DNA of 64,000 nucleotides from Escherichia coli (GTDB lineage Bacteria; Pseudomonadota; Gammaproteobacteria; Enterobacterales; Enterobacteriaceae): NCBI RefSeq assembly GCF_024700885.2, contig NZ_CP117016.1; one strand, 5' to 3'. Shown piece by piece: positions 9,555 to 20,805 of this stretch (position 1 is its first letter; each line of letters starts with the position of its first letter). The notes under the pieces were generated by a model. It saw only the letters and a program-made list of their open reading frames with translations, ran no database searches and was not told where the DNA came from. The position numbers and the translations under genes were made by a program.

Positions 9555-10739
9555 TTACTTCATTTTCACCTTTGCGGTGACCAATAACGCCGTCAGCAAC
9601 ATCAATGTGCCAGACAACATCAACGGCGAAGTCAGACCAATATTATCCAGCGCATAACCGCCGATTGCCGCGCCACAGGTATTAGCAAGCTGAATAACCG
9701 CCACCTGAATAGACCCGGCTTTTTCTGCCTGATCGGCCAGTGAGCGGGTGATCCACGTTGACCAGCCGACAGGAACCAATGCAAAAGTTAGCCCCCAGAT
9801 AATCGCCACGCCGGTAGCAACGATTTTATCGCTTCCCCACAACGTCAGCACCAACGCACTCACAGCCAGTATTAATGGCGCGCCTGCTAAGGCCAGTTTT
9901 ACCGAACGTTTAAGAATGAACGACGAAAGCGACGTACCAATAAAGCTGGCGATACCAAAACTCAACAGCACCAGCGTTAAGCCATCCACGCCGAATCCCG
10001 CCAGGTTCATATACACCGGGCGAATATACGTGAAGAAAGCAAACTGCCCGGCGAAAGACATGAAGATGGCGAGCATCCCTGCCATCACACCCGGACGTTG
10101 TAATAAGCGGAAAGTATTTTGTTTCTGATGCGAGGGTTCGCCTGGCAGCGAAGGCAATGATTTGATAATCCAGAAAATACACAGCACGCCCATCACCGCC
10201 GCCGCATTAAAGACATTGCGCCAACCGATAAGCTCGCCTAAAAAACTGCCCAACGGTGCGGCAATCACCAGCGCAATAGAAACCGCGCCGAAGATCACCG
10301 ACAGCGCCTTCGGCACCGTACGCGGCGGTACCAGACGCATGGTCAGCGACGCCGACATCGCCCAAAACCCGCCCAGCGCCAACCCCAGACAGGCACGACC
10401 GATTAAAAGCAAACTGAATGAGTTGGCAAAGGAAACCAGCAAACAGGAGAGCGTCAGCAAAACGGCAAACAAAATAACAACGTAGCGGCGGTCAGTGGCC
10501 TGAATTGTCTGGGTAATAAACAAACTGGCAAACATTGCCACAAAGGCGGTCACGGTCACCGATTGCCCGGCAACCCCTTCCGAAATGCCTAAATCCTGGG
10601 CCATTGGCGTCAACAAACTGACAGGCAAAAACTCAACGATAATCAGACAGGCGACGCAAAACGCCACCGAGAAAACGGCTGACCAGTTCGGTCGGGTGAT
10701 GGCATCCGCGCCGCGGTTTTCGGCAATAAATTCACTCAT
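9555..10739 (-). CDS. nepI: Purine ribonucleoside efflux pump NepI (MFS)
   Basis: ORF 9555..10787. The known N-terminus [19 protein letters not shown] starts at ATG 10739. The sequence is a 12-TM MFS-like protein matching K-12 NepI/YicM as remembered. Confidence 0.9.
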   Translation of the reverse strand: MSEFIAENRGADAITRPNWSAVFSVAFCVACLIIVEFLPVSLLTPMAQDLGISEGVAGQSVTVTAFVAMFASLFITQTIQATDRRYVVILFAVLLTLSCLLVSFANSFSLLLIGRACLGLALGGFWAMSASLTMRLVPPRTVPKALSVIFGAVSIALVIAAPLGSFLGELIGWRNVFNAAAVMGVLCIFWIIKSLPSLPGEPSHQKQNTFRLLQRPGVMAGMLAIFMSFAGQFAFFTYIRPVYMNLAGFGVDGLTLVLLSFGIASFIGTSLSSFILKRSVKLALAGAPLILAVSALVLTLWGSDKIVATGVAIIWGLTFALVPVGWSTWITRSLADQAEKAGSIQVAVIQLANTCGAAIGGYALDNIGLTSPLMLSGTLMLLTALLVTAKVKMK

Positions 10740-10972
10740 GGTGTTACCCGTGGCATGTTTCAGGGGAAAAGCCGACCACTTTAACATTGAAATGTGTGAC
10801 GCATTTAACGTTTTTGCAACTTTTACGGTGTTGTGGGAAAAGCTCGAGGCTGCTCGAAGAAATAAAAATCATAGGGCAAGGTGATATGTATTTTCGCGAT
10901 TGTGTTGGGAACAAGGGATAAAGTATTGCACTTGGTGATATACTTTAATAACAGGACCTCAACGATATACGC

Positions 10973-11326
10973 GTGTTTAAAACCAAATGGTTTGCAAGGG
11001 AAGCCAGGTCTCATGCAATAACAGATGAAGAGTTGTGCCGGGCCATTTTAGAAACAGAACAAGGTAAAGCTGATGCACTTGGCGGTGGCTTTTTTAAAAA
11101 GCGCCTTCACAAAAATCGTGAGCGTGCAATTATTCTGGCGAAAGGGGGAAGCAATTGGTTTTACACGTTTTTATATGCAAAACAGGATATGTCGAACATC
11201 AATAGTCAGGAACTGGCTGGGTTTCGTGAACTTGCAAAGCATTATGCCTTCCTGACGAAAGCCCAACTAACAGCAATGATTAACACTAAAGAACTGACAG
11301 AGATCTGCTATGACTGCAAAAACTAA
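10973..11326 (+). CDS. Type II toxin, RelE/ParE superfamily (HigB-2-like, COG4737/PF06296-type)
   Basis: 117 aa with a GTG start. The pattern MFKTKWFAREA...ITDEELCRAI.E.E.G.ADA.LGGGFFKKRL...FLYAKQDMSNI...EL..F.ELAK is typical of this toxin family. It sits upstream of, and overlaps by 17 nt, an HTH antitoxin gene. Confidence 0.7.
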   Translation: MFKTKWFAREARSHAITDEELCRAILETEQGKADALGGGFFKKRLHKNRERAIILAKGGSNWFYTFLYAKQDMSNINSQELAGFRELAKHYAFLTKAQLTAMINTKELTEICYDCKN

Positions 11327-11633
11327 ATTTAAAAGTCCTGCATTTGAGGCTATTCACAGCGCAGCGGCTGGATTGTCCAGCGTCAATGCTATTTCTGCCG
11401 AAACGATGCGTACTTTTGACAAAGCCTGCCTGACCAGCGTGCAAGACTTACAACCTGTTGAGATAAAAGCACTGCGGGAAAAATTAAAAGTGAGTCAGCC
11501 CGTCTTCGCTCACTATCTCAATACCAGCGTTTCAACTGTACAAAAATGGGAAAGTGGCGCTAAACGCCCCAATGGCATTTCATTAAAACTGCTCAGCATT
11601 GTGCAAAAACACGGGCTGGAGGTGCTGCTGTAA
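11310..11633 (+). CDS. Type II antitoxin, XRE-family HTH (COG2944 / NadS-HigA2-like)
   Basis: 107 aa. The C-terminal block IKALREKLKVSQPVFAHYLNTSVSTVQKWESGAKRPNGISLKLLSIVQKHGLEVL matches the conserved HTH of antitoxins paired with COG4737 toxins. Confidence 0.7.
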   Translation: MTAKTKFKSPAFEAIHSAAAGLSSVNAISAETMRTFDKACLTSVQDLQPVEIKALREKLKVSQPVFAHYLNTSVSTVQKWESGAKRPNGISLKLLSIVQKHGLEVLL

Positions 11634-11673
11634 ATAGAACGTAGATAATGCGTTCACCTACTGTCAGTTCCGA

Positions 11674-11745
11674 TACCGGATGCGGCATGAACGCCTTATC
11701 CACCCTACAGGTCAGGCGCGGTCTGTAGGCTGATAAGACGAAGCG
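11674..11745. repeat. REP/BIME element
   Basis: ccggatgcggcatgaacgccttatccaccctacag ... gtctgtaggctgataagacgaagcg carries the typical E. coli REP consensus pieces (GCCGGATGCGGCG / CTTATCCGGCCTAC-like). Confidence 0.75.
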
Positions 11746-11748
11746 GTT

Positions 11749-12201
11749 TTAATGCAACCAGTGAACGCCCTCGGCAGGCTGAAAGAACGCGTTATAGCGC
11801 ATCTGAAAAGCATTAATATCCTGCATTTCAGGTTCGGTTTCGCGCAGAAAACCCAGCGCCAGCCTGACCTGAGCATCGGTAATGGGAGCGGCAAGACGGG
11901 CTTTTTGTAAAATCCGATGCCATTGCAGCAGGTTCTGTTCGCTACCATCGACAATGACAATTTGCCAGATGAGCAACACCTGCGCGGCGTTTTGCAGGTG
12001 CGACTCATCCGGACGATGCAAATAACGTAAAAATTCGTCACCGGCTGACTTTCCCATTTGATCGACCATCGACTCCACGGGTACGACATCGATATTCAGC
12101 CGATCGCTGAGACGGCGAATCGCTTTTCTGGCCCCGGATGTCAGCACCCGAAAACCAACCACAAACACTACCGCCAGCGTGGCGAGCATTATCCAGATCA
12201 T
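11749..12201 (-). CDS. yicN: Uncharacterised membrane-anchored protein YicN
   Basis: ORF 11749..12228. The K-12 N-terminus MIWIMLATLAVVFVVGFRV starts at 12201. Confidence 0.85.
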   Translation of the reverse strand: MIWIMLATLAVVFVVGFRVLTSGARKAIRRLSDRLNIDVVPVESMVDQMGKSAGDEFLRYLHRPDESHLQNAAQVLLIWQIVIVDGSEQNLLQWHRILQKARLAAPITDAQVRLALGFLRETEPEMQDINAFQMRYNAFFQPAEGVHWLH

Positions 12202-12253
12202 GAGTTCTCCTGCGTAATCAGAACTCATGATATCTGGAAACCCTCGCCAGTTA

Positions 12254-13588
12254 CTAATCCACCAGAATAATCTTCAGTGCAAACAGAGCTGCGACCACCA
12301 CCACACACAGGTTCAGATCGCGCCAGCGCCCGGTGCACACTTTCATGATGCAGTACGACATAAAGCCGAGTGCAATCCCTTCGGTGATCGAGAAAGTAAA
12401 GGGCATCATCACCGTGGTAATAAATGCGGGCACCGATTCGGTAAAATCATCCCAGTTAACGCGCGCCAGGCTCGAAGTCATCAGCACGCCAACAAAGATT
12501 AACGCTCCGGCGGTTGCGTAAGGAGGAACCATCGCCACCAGCGGTGAGAAGAACATAACTAACAGGAACATAACGCCGACCACGACAGCCGTCAGCCCCG
12601 TGCGACCACCGACCGCCACACCAGAAGTACTTTCAATATAGGCAGTAACAGATGAGGTACCAATAAATGCGCCTGCCACCGAACTGACGCTATCAACATA
12701 CAGCGCCTTATTCATATTGGGGAATTGACCGTTACTATCTATTAAGCCAGCTTTATCAGTTACACCAATTAATGTTCCTGATGAATCAAATAGGTTGATC
12801 AGCATAAAGGAGAAAATGATACCGGCGAGTTCAAGTGTTAACGCGCCGCTCAAATCTACTTCACCAATGACGCCGCTAATATCAGGCGGAATGGAATAGA
12901 CACCGCTAAAATGAACATCACCGAAAAATAAGCCACAGCAAGACGTCACCACAATAGAAACAAGCACCGCGGCATGAAAATGACGTGATGACAACACGGT
13001 TATAATAAAAAACCCTAAAATACCTAACAACACGCCGTGAGAACTTAAATCGCCAATCATCACCAGGGTGTCTTTATTGGCGACAATAACGCCAGTATTT
13101 TTTAATCCCATTAAGGCGATAAATAATCCGATTCCGCTGGTGATACCAATACGTAAACTTAATGGAATGTTGGAGATCATCCAGTACCGGATACGAAATA
13201 GCGTGAGCAAAAATAGCCCAATTGCGCCCCAGAATATCGCGCCCATCCCGGTCTGCCAGGAGATACCCATCGCCCCCACGACCACGAACGCAAAGAAGGC
13301 GTTCAGCCCCATTGCTGGAGCCAGCGCCACGGGTAAGTTAGCAAATATCCCCATCGCAATACTGCCGATACCGGCAATCAAACAGGTGGTAACAAACACC
13401 ACTTTCGGGTCCATTTGTGCCGCGCCGAGGATTTGCGGGTTCACAAAAACGATGTACACCATGGTTAAAAAAGTGGTCATCCCCGCAATCAATTCTGTGC
13501 GGACGGTGGTCCCATGCTGAGGTAGTTTAAATAATCGCGAAAGCGTCCCTGATTCATTACTCACGTAATCGGTATTGTCATTATTCAT
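12254..13588 (-). CDS. adeQ: Adenine permease AdeQ (YicO), NCS2/AzgA family
   Basis: ORF 12254..13666. The known N-terminus MNNDNTDYVSNESGTLSRLFKLPQHGTTVRTE starts at 13588, giving 444 aa. Confidence 0.9.
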   Translation of the reverse strand: MNNDNTDYVSNESGTLSRLFKLPQHGTTVRTELIAGMTTFLTMVYIVFVNPQILGAAQMDPKVVFVTTCLIAGIGSIAMGIFANLPVALAPAMGLNAFFAFVVVGAMGISWQTGMGAIFWGAIGLFLLTLFRIRYWMISNIPLSLRIGITSGIGLFIALMGLKNTGVIVANKDTLVMIGDLSSHGVLLGILGFFIITVLSSRHFHAAVLVSIVVTSCCGLFFGDVHFSGVYSIPPDISGVIGEVDLSGALTLELAGIIFSFMLINLFDSSGTLIGVTDKAGLIDSNGQFPNMNKALYVDSVSSVAGAFIGTSSVTAYIESTSGVAVGGRTGLTAVVVGVMFLLVMFFSPLVAMVPPYATAGALIFVGVLMTSSLARVNWDDFTESVPAFITTVMMPFTFSITEGIALGFMSYCIMKVCTGRWRDLNLCVVVVAALFALKIILVD

Positions 13589-13762
13589 TTTTTTGTCCAT
13601 TGGAGGAGATTTAATCCCTTGCTTTTGTAAAACAAATGACAACAACGGTTCAGTGATAATTATCACATTTCAATTGCACATTAATGGATATTCTTTAATA
13701 ATCTCGCGACGTTTCTTTATGATAAATAATAATCAAATTGATAAAATCAAAATGAGAAAAAT

Positions 13763-15529
13763 ATGAATAATTCTATTAACCATAAATTTCATCACATTAG
13801 CCGGGCGGAATACCAGGAATTGTTAGCCGTTTCCCGTGGCGAGGCTGTTGCCGATTATATTATTGATAATGTCTCTATTCTCGACCTGATCAATGGCGGA
13901 GAAATTTCCGGCCCAATTGTGATTAAAGGGCGTTACATTGCCGGTGTTGGCGCAGAATACACTGATGCTCCGGCTTTGCAGCGGATTGATGCCCACGGCG
14001 CAACGGCGGTGCCAGGGTTTATTGATGCTCACCTGCATATTGAATCCAGCATGATGACGCCGGTCACCTTTGAAACCGCTACCCTGCCGCGTGGCCTGAC
14101 GACCGTTATTTGCGACCCTCATGAAATCGTCAACGTGATGGGCGAAGCCGGATTCGCCTGGTTTGCCCGCTGTGCCGAACAGGCAAGACAAAACCAGTAC
14201 TTACAGGTCAGCTCTTGCGTACCCGCCCTGGAAGGCTGCGATGTTAATGGTGCCAGTTTTACCCTTGAACAGATGCTCGCCTGGCGGGACCATCCGCAGG
14301 TTACCGGCCTTGCAGAAATGATGGACTACCCTGGCGTAATTAGCGGGCAGAATGCGCTGCTCGATAAACTGGATGCATTTCGCCACCTGACGCTGGACGG
14401 TCACTGCCCGGGTTTGGGTGGTAAAGCACTTAACGCCTATATTGCTGCGGGTATTAAAAACTGCCACGAAAGTTATCAGCTGGAAGAAGGACGCCGGAAA
14501 TTACAACTCGGTATGTCGTTGATGATCCGCGAAGGGTCCGCTGCCCGCAATCTCAACGCGCTGGCACCGTTGATCAACGAATTTAACAGCCCGCAATGCA
14601 TGCTCTGTACCGATGACCGTAACCCGTGGGAAATCGCCCATGAAGGACACATCGATGCCTTAATTCGCCGCCTGATCGAACAACACAATGTGCCGCTGCA
14701 TGTGGCATATCGCGTCGCCAGCTGGTCGACGGCGCGCCATTTTGGTCTGAATCACCTCGGCTTACTGGCACCCGGCAAGCAGGCCGATATCGTCCTGTTG
14801 AGCGATGCGCGTAAGGTCACGGTGCAGCAGGTACTGGTGAAAGGCGAGCCGATTGATGCGCAAACCTTACAGGCGGAAGAGTCGGCGAGACTGGCACAAT
14901 CCGCTCCCCCGTATGGCAATACCATTGCCCGCCAGCCAGTTTCCGCCAGCGACTTTGCCCTGCAATTTACGCCCGGAAAACGCTATCGGGTCATTGACGT
15001 CATCCATAACGAATTGATTACGCACTCCCACTCCAGCGTCTACAGCGAAAATGGTTTTGATCGCGATGATGTGTGCTTTATTGCCGTACTTGAGCGTTAC
15101 GGGCAACGTCTGGCTCCGGCTTGTGGTTTGCTCGGCGGCTTTGGTCTGAATGAAGGCGCGCTGGCTGCGACGGTCAGCCATGACAGCCATAATATTGTGG
15201 TGATCGGTCGCAGTGCCGAAGAGATGGCGCTGGCGGTCAATCAGGTGATTCAGGATGGCGGTGGGTTGTGCGTGGTCCGTAACGGCCAGGTACAGAGTCA
15301 TCTGCCGTTGCCCATTGCCGGGCTGATGAGCACCGACACGGCGCAGTCACTGGCGGAGCAAATTGACGCCTTGAAAGCTGCCGCCCGTGAATGCGGTCCG
15401 TTACCCGATGAGCCGTTTATTCAGATGGCGTTTCTTTCTCTGCCAGTGATCCCCGCGCTGAAACTAACCAGTCAGGGGCTATTTGATGGCGAGAAGTTTG
15501 CCTTCACTACGCTGGAAGTCACGGAATAA
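13763..15529 (+). CDS. ade: Adenine deaminase
   Basis: 588 aa. [21 protein letters not shown]... with an amidohydrolase HxH motif ([11 protein letters not shown]) matches K-12 Ade/YicP. Confidence 0.93.
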   Translation: MNNSINHKFHHISRAEYQELLAVSRGEAVADYIIDNVSILDLINGGEISGPIVIKGRYIAGVGAEYTDAPALQRIDAHGATAVPGFIDAHLHIESSMMTPVTFETATLPRGLTTVICDPHEIVNVMGEAGFAWFARCAEQARQNQYLQVSSCVPALEGCDVNGASFTLEQMLAWRDHPQVTGLAEMMDYPGVISGQNALLDKLDAFRHLTLDGHCPGLGGKALNAYIAAGIKNCHESYQLEEGRRKLQLGMSLMIREGSAARNLNALAPLINEFNSPQCMLCTDDRNPWEIAHEGHIDALIRRLIEQHNVPLHVAYRVASWSTARHFGLNHLGLLAPGKQADIVLLSDARKVTVQQVLVKGEPIDAQTLQAEESARLAQSAPPYGNTIARQPVSASDFALQFTPGKRYRVIDVIHNELITHSHSSVYSENGFDRDDVCFIAVLERYGQRLAPACGLLGGFGLNEGALAATVSHDSHNIVVIGRSAEEMALAVNQVIQDGGGLCVVRNGQVQSHLPLPIAGLMSTDTAQSLAEQIDALKAAARECGPLPDEPFIQMAFLSLPVIPALKLTSQGLFDGEKFAFTTLEVTE

Positions 15530-15530
15530 T

Positions 15531-15561
15531 AAAAAAAAGCCCGGCGTCATGCCGGGCAAAA
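15531..15561. terminator. Bidirectional rho-independent terminator between convergent ade and uhpT
   Basis: aaaaaaaa-gcccggc-gtcat-gccgggc-aaaa. The GC stem is flanked by A/T runs on both sides. Confidence 0.8.
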
Positions 15562-15575
15562 GTCACCAGTTACGT

Positions 15576-16967
15576 TTATGCCACTGTCAACTGCTGAATT
15601 TTTTTCTCGCGGCGGATTTTGCGTTCTTCCATCACCGCCACTATCGCCATCAGGCAAATACAACCAATCGCGGCGATATCAAGTGCGGCGAAGGTGCCTG
15701 CCCAGCCGGTAAGGCCGAATACCGGCGTCCCATCGGCAATCATTCCCAGACCTAACTTGGCAAAGCTGTCGCCAATCAGGTAAGCGAAGGTGCCTTTAAT
15801 ACCATCGGCAGCGCCAATCGCTTTTTTAGGTACAAAGCCAACAGCAGCCACACCAATCAACAATTGCGGGCCAAAGACCAGGAAACCCAACGCAAAGAGA
15901 GAAGCCAGATAGATATATTGATTGCTGGCATGTTGATACACACCGAGCGTGGCGATAATCAGCGCCAGCGCGATGCAGGCCACCAGGCCACGGCGACCGT
16001 TCGCCAGGTCAGAGAGCCAGCCCCACAGCAGCGTACCGACCAGCGCACCAGCTTCAAACAGCGTAAAGCCCTGAATCGCCACCGCTTTAGAGAGTTTCAG
16101 TTCCTGGAACGCATACACGGTTGACCACTGGTCGATACCAATACGCACCACATAGAGGAAAATGTTGGCGAAGCACAGCAGCCAGATCACTTTGTTTTTC
16201 AGCACATACTCAACAAAGATCTGCCACTTGGTCATATCGGTAGATTCTGTCTCTTTATCCTCTTCACTGATCTCCTCGCCAAACAGCTCTTCAGCTTTGC
16301 CGAGGCCATAAGATTCCGGGGAGTCGCTGCCGTAACGCAGGCCGATAAAACCGACAATCAGCGCGATAATCGACGGGAAAATAAACATGCCGATGACATG
16401 ACCATCGAACAGGTAATTTGCGCCGAACAGTGCCACACCAGCTGCGCCTGCACCGCCAAGGTTGTGAGAAATGTTCCAGAAACCGAGGAAGGTCCCGCGC
16501 TTACGACGCGGCGTCCATTTGGTGATGGTGGAGTAACTGCACGAACCGCCGGTGCTCTGGAAAAAGCCGCTTAAGGCGTAGAAGGCAATCATCAGGAACA
16601 GGCTAACCGAGCCGCTGCCCATACTGGCACTGAAGCCCAGCATACAAATGGCAGACAGGATCAGCATGAACGGCAGGAATTGTTTGGTATTTTTGCCGTC
16701 GGCGTAGTAGGAAACCAGCGTTTTACCCACGCCATAAGTGATGGAGAAACCCAGGCCGATCATCCCCAGCTGCGTCATGCTCAACCCGTAGGTCGAGATC
16801 ATGTCGTTCTGCGCGATGTTAAAGTTCTTGCGAATCAGGTACATCGTCAGGTAGCCGATAAAGACCACCAGGTAGGATTGCATGAACGGTTTGAACCACA
16901 TTTTGCGCCGCACTTCGAGCGGAAGGTCCAGGGTCGGCTTGCGAACCTGGTTTAAGAAAGCCAGCAT
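15576..16967 (-). CDS. uhpT: Hexose-6-phosphate:phosphate antiporter UhpT
   Basis: 463 aa. [40 protein letters not shown] matches K-12 UhpT. Confidence 0.95.
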   Translation of the reverse strand: MLAFLNQVRKPTLDLPLEVRRKMWFKPFMQSYLVVFIGYLTMYLIRKNFNIAQNDMISTYGLSMTQLGMIGLGFSITYGVGKTLVSYYADGKNTKQFLPFMLILSAICMLGFSASMGSGSVSLFLMIAFYALSGFFQSTGGSCSYSTITKWTPRRKRGTFLGFWNISHNLGGAGAAGVALFGANYLFDGHVIGMFIFPSIIALIVGFIGLRYGSDSPESYGLGKAEELFGEEISEEDKETESTDMTKWQIFVEYVLKNKVIWLLCFANIFLYVVRIGIDQWSTVYAFQELKLSKAVAIQGFTLFEAGALVGTLLWGWLSDLANGRRGLVACIALALIIATLGVYQHASNQYIYLASLFALGFLVFGPQLLIGVAAVGFVPKKAIGAADGIKGTFAYLIGDSFAKLGLGMIADGTPVFGLTGWAGTFAALDIAAIGCICLMAIVAVMEERKIRREKKIQQLTVA

Positions 16968-16986
16968 GGGTTACTCCTGATTTCCC

Positions 16987-17103
16987 TTCATACTTCAAGC
17001 CGCAGGTGCCTTAGCTGCACGCATTCCTCCCGGTCACATAGTTCACTATGCTCCCGGGACTCACGCGTTTGCTGCGTTCCTGCAACTTGAATTATTTTGG
17101 GAA
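16987..17103. repeat. ERIC/IRU element in the uhpT leader region
   Basis: cttcatacttcaagccgcaggtgc...ctcccggtcac...gctcccgggactcacgcgtttgctgcgttcctgcaacttgaattatttt resembles the ERIC consensus (ACTTCAAGTTGCATGTGC...CTGCAACTCGAATTATTT) and has its imperfect palindrome. Confidence 0.7.
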
Positions 17104-17161
17104 AGAATTAATGAATGATGGCATTGTAAAAATCAGCAGCAAATCAGGCCTGAGATAGCGT

Positions 17162-17197
17162 CCAGGCAAAACCTGGAAAATTTCTTAGTTTTGCCGG
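17162..17197 (-). promoter_or_regulatory. uhpT promoter UhpA-binding inverted repeat
   Basis: Minus strand reads CCGGCAAAACTAAGAAATTTTCCAGGTTTTGCCTGG. The inverted repeat GGCAAAAC/GTTTTGCC lies upstream of uhpT and matches the UhpA target as I remember it. Confidence 0.55.
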
Positions 17198-17222
17198 ATA
17201 TGAAGTGAAAAGGTGAGATGCA

Positions 17223-18542
17223 TCACGCTTCGCGCGGTGTCTGGGCGTTCAAAAAGGGCAGTAACAGCAGTGCGGAAATCCCGGCGGCAATGGCGATAAC
17301 CACAAAAAATCCGCTCCAGTGCCAGGTATCGAGCACTTTCGCCAGCGGCCAACCAGCAAGCGACGCCCCCAGATAAGCAAACAAGCCGACAAACCCCGTC
17401 GCCGCCCCTGCCGCCTCTTTGTGGGAACACTCTGCCGCCGCCATGCCGATTAACATCTGCGGGCCAAAGACAAAAAAACCAATGGTGAAGAAGCAGGTTG
17501 CCTGCATCACGTAGCTGGCAAATGGCATCAGCCACAGCGAGCCGACTGAAAGCAAAATTCCGGCAGCGAAAATCAAATTCATCGGCCCGCGGTTGCCGTT
17601 AAACAGTTTGTCCGAGCCCCAACCCGCTACCAGCGCACCGATAAATCCGCCCAGTTCAAACATCGTCACTGCTGTATTCGCCGTGACCAGATCGACGCCC
17701 AGCGTCTCGGACATATACAAATTGCCCCAGTCGTTGATCGCCGCCCGAACCACATAGACCAGCACATAGCAAAACGAAAGCAGCCAGATATACGGATTCA
17801 ACAACACATACTTGGTGAGGATCTCTTTACGCGTCAGCCCTGCCCCTTCTTGTTGTTGAGCAATCTCCAGCGCATCGTGCCGCCATTCACCAACCGCAGG
17901 TAAACCTAACGCCTGCGGGCGATCGCGCAGCCGCCAGCAGAGAAAAATCCCCACGACTATCGCCATACAACCCGCAATCATCATTCCGGCACGCCAGCCG
18001 TAATGCAGTGCAGCCGCTGCCATCACAATGGGAATGAGTGCGCCGCCGACGTTATGCGCCGTGTTCCATAATGCCCACCAACCGCCGCGCTCGGTACGAG
18101 AATACCAGGCCGTTAACAGACGCGCACACACCGGTGAACCCCAGCCCTGGAAAAAGGCGTTCAGCACCCAAAGTACGGCAAACGCCCATAGCGACGTCGA
18201 GAAGCCAAACAGAATGTTGATGATGCCCGTGGCGATAAGCCCTATCCCCATAAAATAACGGGCATTTGAGCGGTCGCTGACAATGCCGGAGACAAACTTC
18301 GACACGCCGTAGGTAATGTAAAACAGGGTCGCTAACAGGCCGATATCGCTACGGCTGAGCACGCCATTAGCAAGGATTTCTGGTACAGCGGCGTTAAAAC
18401 TTTTCCGCGTGAAGTAAAACAGCGCGTAACCCAGCCAGATGGTCAGCAGAATATGCCGACGCCAGTAGCGATAGCGGGCATCAATTTCATGTTTATCAGT
18501 CATTAATGGCGCATCGGCAGGCGCTTTCAGAAACGGCAACAT
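17223..18542 (-). CDS. uhpC: Glucose-6-phosphate sensor/transporter-like UhpC
   Basis: ORF 17223..18548 begins MMMLPFLKAPADAPLMTDKHEIDARYRYWRR. The K-12 protein begins MLPFLK. The start is ambiguous within 6 nt. Confidence 0.9.
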   Translation of the reverse strand: MLPFLKAPADAPLMTDKHEIDARYRYWRRHILLTIWLGYALFYFTRKSFNAAVPEILANGVLSRSDIGLLATLFYITYGVSKFVSGIVSDRSNARYFMGIGLIATGIINILFGFSTSLWAFAVLWVLNAFFQGWGSPVCARLLTAWYSRTERGGWWALWNTAHNVGGALIPIVMAAAALHYGWRAGMMIAGCMAIVVGIFLCWRLRDRPQALGLPAVGEWRHDALEIAQQQEGAGLTRKEILTKYVLLNPYIWLLSFCYVLVYVVRAAINDWGNLYMSETLGVDLVTANTAVTMFELGGFIGALVAGWGSDKLFNGNRGPMNLIFAAGILLSVGSLWLMPFASYVMQATCFFTIGFFVFGPQMLIGMAAAECSHKEAAGAATGFVGLFAYLGASLAGWPLAKVLDTWHWSGFFVVIAIAAGISALLLLPFLNAQTPREA

Positions 18543-18551
18543 CATCAAACC

Positions 18552-20054
18552 TTAGACATAGCGTTGAGGTAGAGAAACGCTGACACGCGTGCCATGCAGG
18601 CAGGAAATGGTCAATGTGCCGCCCAGCGCCGTTACGCGCTCGCGCATTCCGGTGAGGCCAAAACCTTGTTGCCCGGAACCCGGCGGCAAACCGCTGCCAT
18701 CGTCTTCAATCACCAGCATCAACCGTTCATCCTGCTGCCAGCCTTGCAGGGTGACCGCGCTGGCATCAGCATGTTTCACAATGTTGTTCAGCCCTTCCTG
18801 GCAGACACGAAACAGCGTCACGCGCTGGTTTTCGCTTAACGCTGATTCATCGATTCGCCATTCGAGATGGCTGACAATGCCGCGCCCTTCCAGCTCCATT
18901 TCCCGCATTAGTGAGCGGATGGCCTGCTCCAGGGTGAGATCATCCAACTGGCGCGGACGTAACCGCCCTAACAAACGGCGCACCGCGTCGTAAACGCCCA
19001 GCGACAGTTGTTCGATGAGCTGCCCGCTCTGCTTCACACTGGCGTTATCTGCCGCCAGCCGCTGGACAATGCCCGCCTGAGTACGAATGGCAGTGATAGT
19101 CTGGCCGATATCATCGTGCAGCTCACGCGCCACGTCGCGGCGCACGCTCTCTTCAGTTTCTAACAAACGTTCAGCCAGATGCTGATTGCGCGCTAGTTCC
19201 TTTTGCAGCGACTGGTTAAGTTCACGCAACCGCTGGATGCCTGCGCCCAGTAACAGCCCTGTCAGACTTTGCACCAGCAGCGAGAGCAATAAATCCACCG
19301 AATGATCGCGCCAGGTTTGACTGGCGATCAGCGCGATGGCGTTCATCAACGTCGCAATCAGCGCCCCTTGCCAGCCGTAGTGCCAGGCCAGCGCGATAAT
19401 CGGCAGCGCCAGACAGAATGGCGTAAAGCGCGACAGTTCGTCCGGCAATCCCAACTGGAGCCAGAGACTAATAACAAACAGCAGCAAGTACCAGACCAGA
19501 TGCCGCCCGCGCCAGTTGATTGGCTGAGAAACCAGTGACGGCCCGAGCGGCAGCCAGGTGTTATTGGCGAGATAGTGCCAGAACACCAGACATATCGGGG
19601 CCAGCGTCAGGCCGCCAGTTAAAGTCAGCAACAGCGCATTCCACGACTCTTTGCCGTGCCAAAGCCAGGGCAGCGACTGCAACAACGCCGCCGCCGTCAG
19701 CGCTGCCCCCTGTAACAGCAGGGTGCGCCAGTCACGTTGATGGCGATAGCGCGAGATCAGCGCCACGGGCAATAACGTCAGTAAACTACCGATCATCAAT
19801 AAGGAGAAATGGGTTAACCCGACCGCCTGCGTTAGCCAGTAAATCAGCAGCCACTCCGCGCCCAGCAGCACCGGCCAGTATCCGCGCGGGCATTGCAGCA
19901 TTAGCCCCAGACGCAGACCAAACGGAAATAACAGCACCGCCATATCAGGGCGCTCAACCAGGTGCAGGCTGATGCTCCACAGGCAAAACCATGCGGCAGA
20001 GAAGATAAAAAAGCAGGCAATAACGGTAATTAAGCGGGAGAACAACGTCTTCAT
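18552..20054 (-). CDS. uhpB: Sensor histidine kinase UhpB
   Basis: ORF 18552..20057. [26 protein letters not shown] and an H-box ELHDDIGQ match K-12 UhpB (500 aa from the second Met). Confidence 0.93.
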   Translation of the reverse strand: MKTLFSRLITVIACFFIFSAAWFCLWSISLHLVERPDMAVLLFPFGLRLGLMLQCPRGYWPVLLGAEWLLIYWLTQAVGLTHFSLLMIGSLLTLLPVALISRYRHQRDWRTLLLQGAALTAAALLQSLPWLWHGKESWNALLLTLTGGLTLAPICLVFWHYLANNTWLPLGPSLVSQPINWRGRHLVWYLLLFVISLWLQLGLPDELSRFTPFCLALPIIALAWHYGWQGALIATLMNAIALIASQTWRDHSVDLLLSLLVQSLTGLLLGAGIQRLRELNQSLQKELARNQHLAERLLETEESVRRDVARELHDDIGQTITAIRTQAGIVQRLAADNASVKQSGQLIEQLSLGVYDAVRRLLGRLRPRQLDDLTLEQAIRSLMREMELEGRGIVSHLEWRIDESALSENQRVTLFRVCQEGLNNIVKHADASAVTLQGWQQDERLMLVIEDDGSGLPPGSGQQGFGLTGMRERVTALGGTLTISCLHGTRVSVSLPQRYV

Positions 20055-20644
20055 CACCAGCCATCAAACATACGGTGCGCCAGTTCAACGTCGTTACTGA
20101 CGCCCAGTTTTTCCATCAGATTGGCGCGATGGACGTGTACCGTTTTCGGTGACAAGCCCAGTTCGGCGGCAATCTCTTTCACCGCCATTCCTTGCGCCAG
20201 TTTTTCCGCCACCTGGCGTTCACGTTTGGTTAGCGGGTCCTGGCGACCGGATGCCAGTTTAATGGCAATATCCGGCGTCAGATAACAGCCGCCTGTGGCA
20301 ACCGTATGCACCGCAGCAATCAGTTCGTCAGGGCTACAACGCTTGGAGAGAAAGCCGCGCGCCCCCGCGTTAAGCGCCTGCTCAACCAGCGCCGGACTGT
20401 CGTGAACGGAGAGCATAATCGTCGCCATACCTTTCGGCAGCTGGCTTAGCAGCTCCAGACCGGAGATATCGGGCATGGAGATATCGCAAATACACACCTG
20501 CACACCGCGCCCCGGCAGCCCCGCCAGCGCCTCGCGCCCCGAACCAAACTCGGCAACTACTTGCAAATCAGGTTCCAGCCCCAGCAACTGCGCAAAGCCG
20601 GAGCGGACGATGAGGTGATCGTCTATAAGGGCAACGGTGATCAT
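20054..20644 (-). CDS. uhpA: Response regulator UhpA (NarL/FixJ family)
   Basis: ORF 20054..20704. The known N-terminus [21 protein letters not shown] starts at 20644, giving 196 aa. It has a C-terminal LuxR-type HTH. Confidence 0.93.
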   Translation of the reverse strand: MITVALIDDHLIVRSGFAQLLGLEPDLQVVAEFGSGREALAGLPGRGVQVCICDISMPDISGLELLSQLPKGMATIMLSVHDSPALVEQALNAGARGFLSKRCSPDELIAAVHTVATGGCYLTPDIAIKLASGRQDPLTKRERQVAEKLAQGMAVKEIAAELGLSPKTVHVHRANLMEKLGVSNDVELAHRMFDGW

Positions 20645-20752
20645 GATTGGGTCCTGGCGGATAAAAAACGCGCATACCTTAACGATAAGCGCGATGTTGT
20701 TCAAGTTGGATATGGGGTATGTATTGGCTTAATGATGTTGAGCTTATCGTCA

Positions 20753-20779
20753 AAACGCTTACCAGAGAGGTAAGCGTTT
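20753..20779 (-). terminator. Hairpin downstream of islet ORF A (possible terminator insulating uhpA)
   Basis: aaacgcttacc-agaga-ggtaagcgttt forms an 11-bp perfect stem. On the minus strand it is followed by UUUUGACG. Confidence 0.5.
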
Positions 20780-20805
20780 GGTGCGTGTTATTGAGAAAAA
20801 GCGAA

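Noticed and set aside
17185-17535. 116-aa minus ORF overlapping the uhpC 3' end in another frame
   Set aside because: It is out of frame with, and nested in, uhpC, and its peptide is Gly/Arg-rich and low-complexity.
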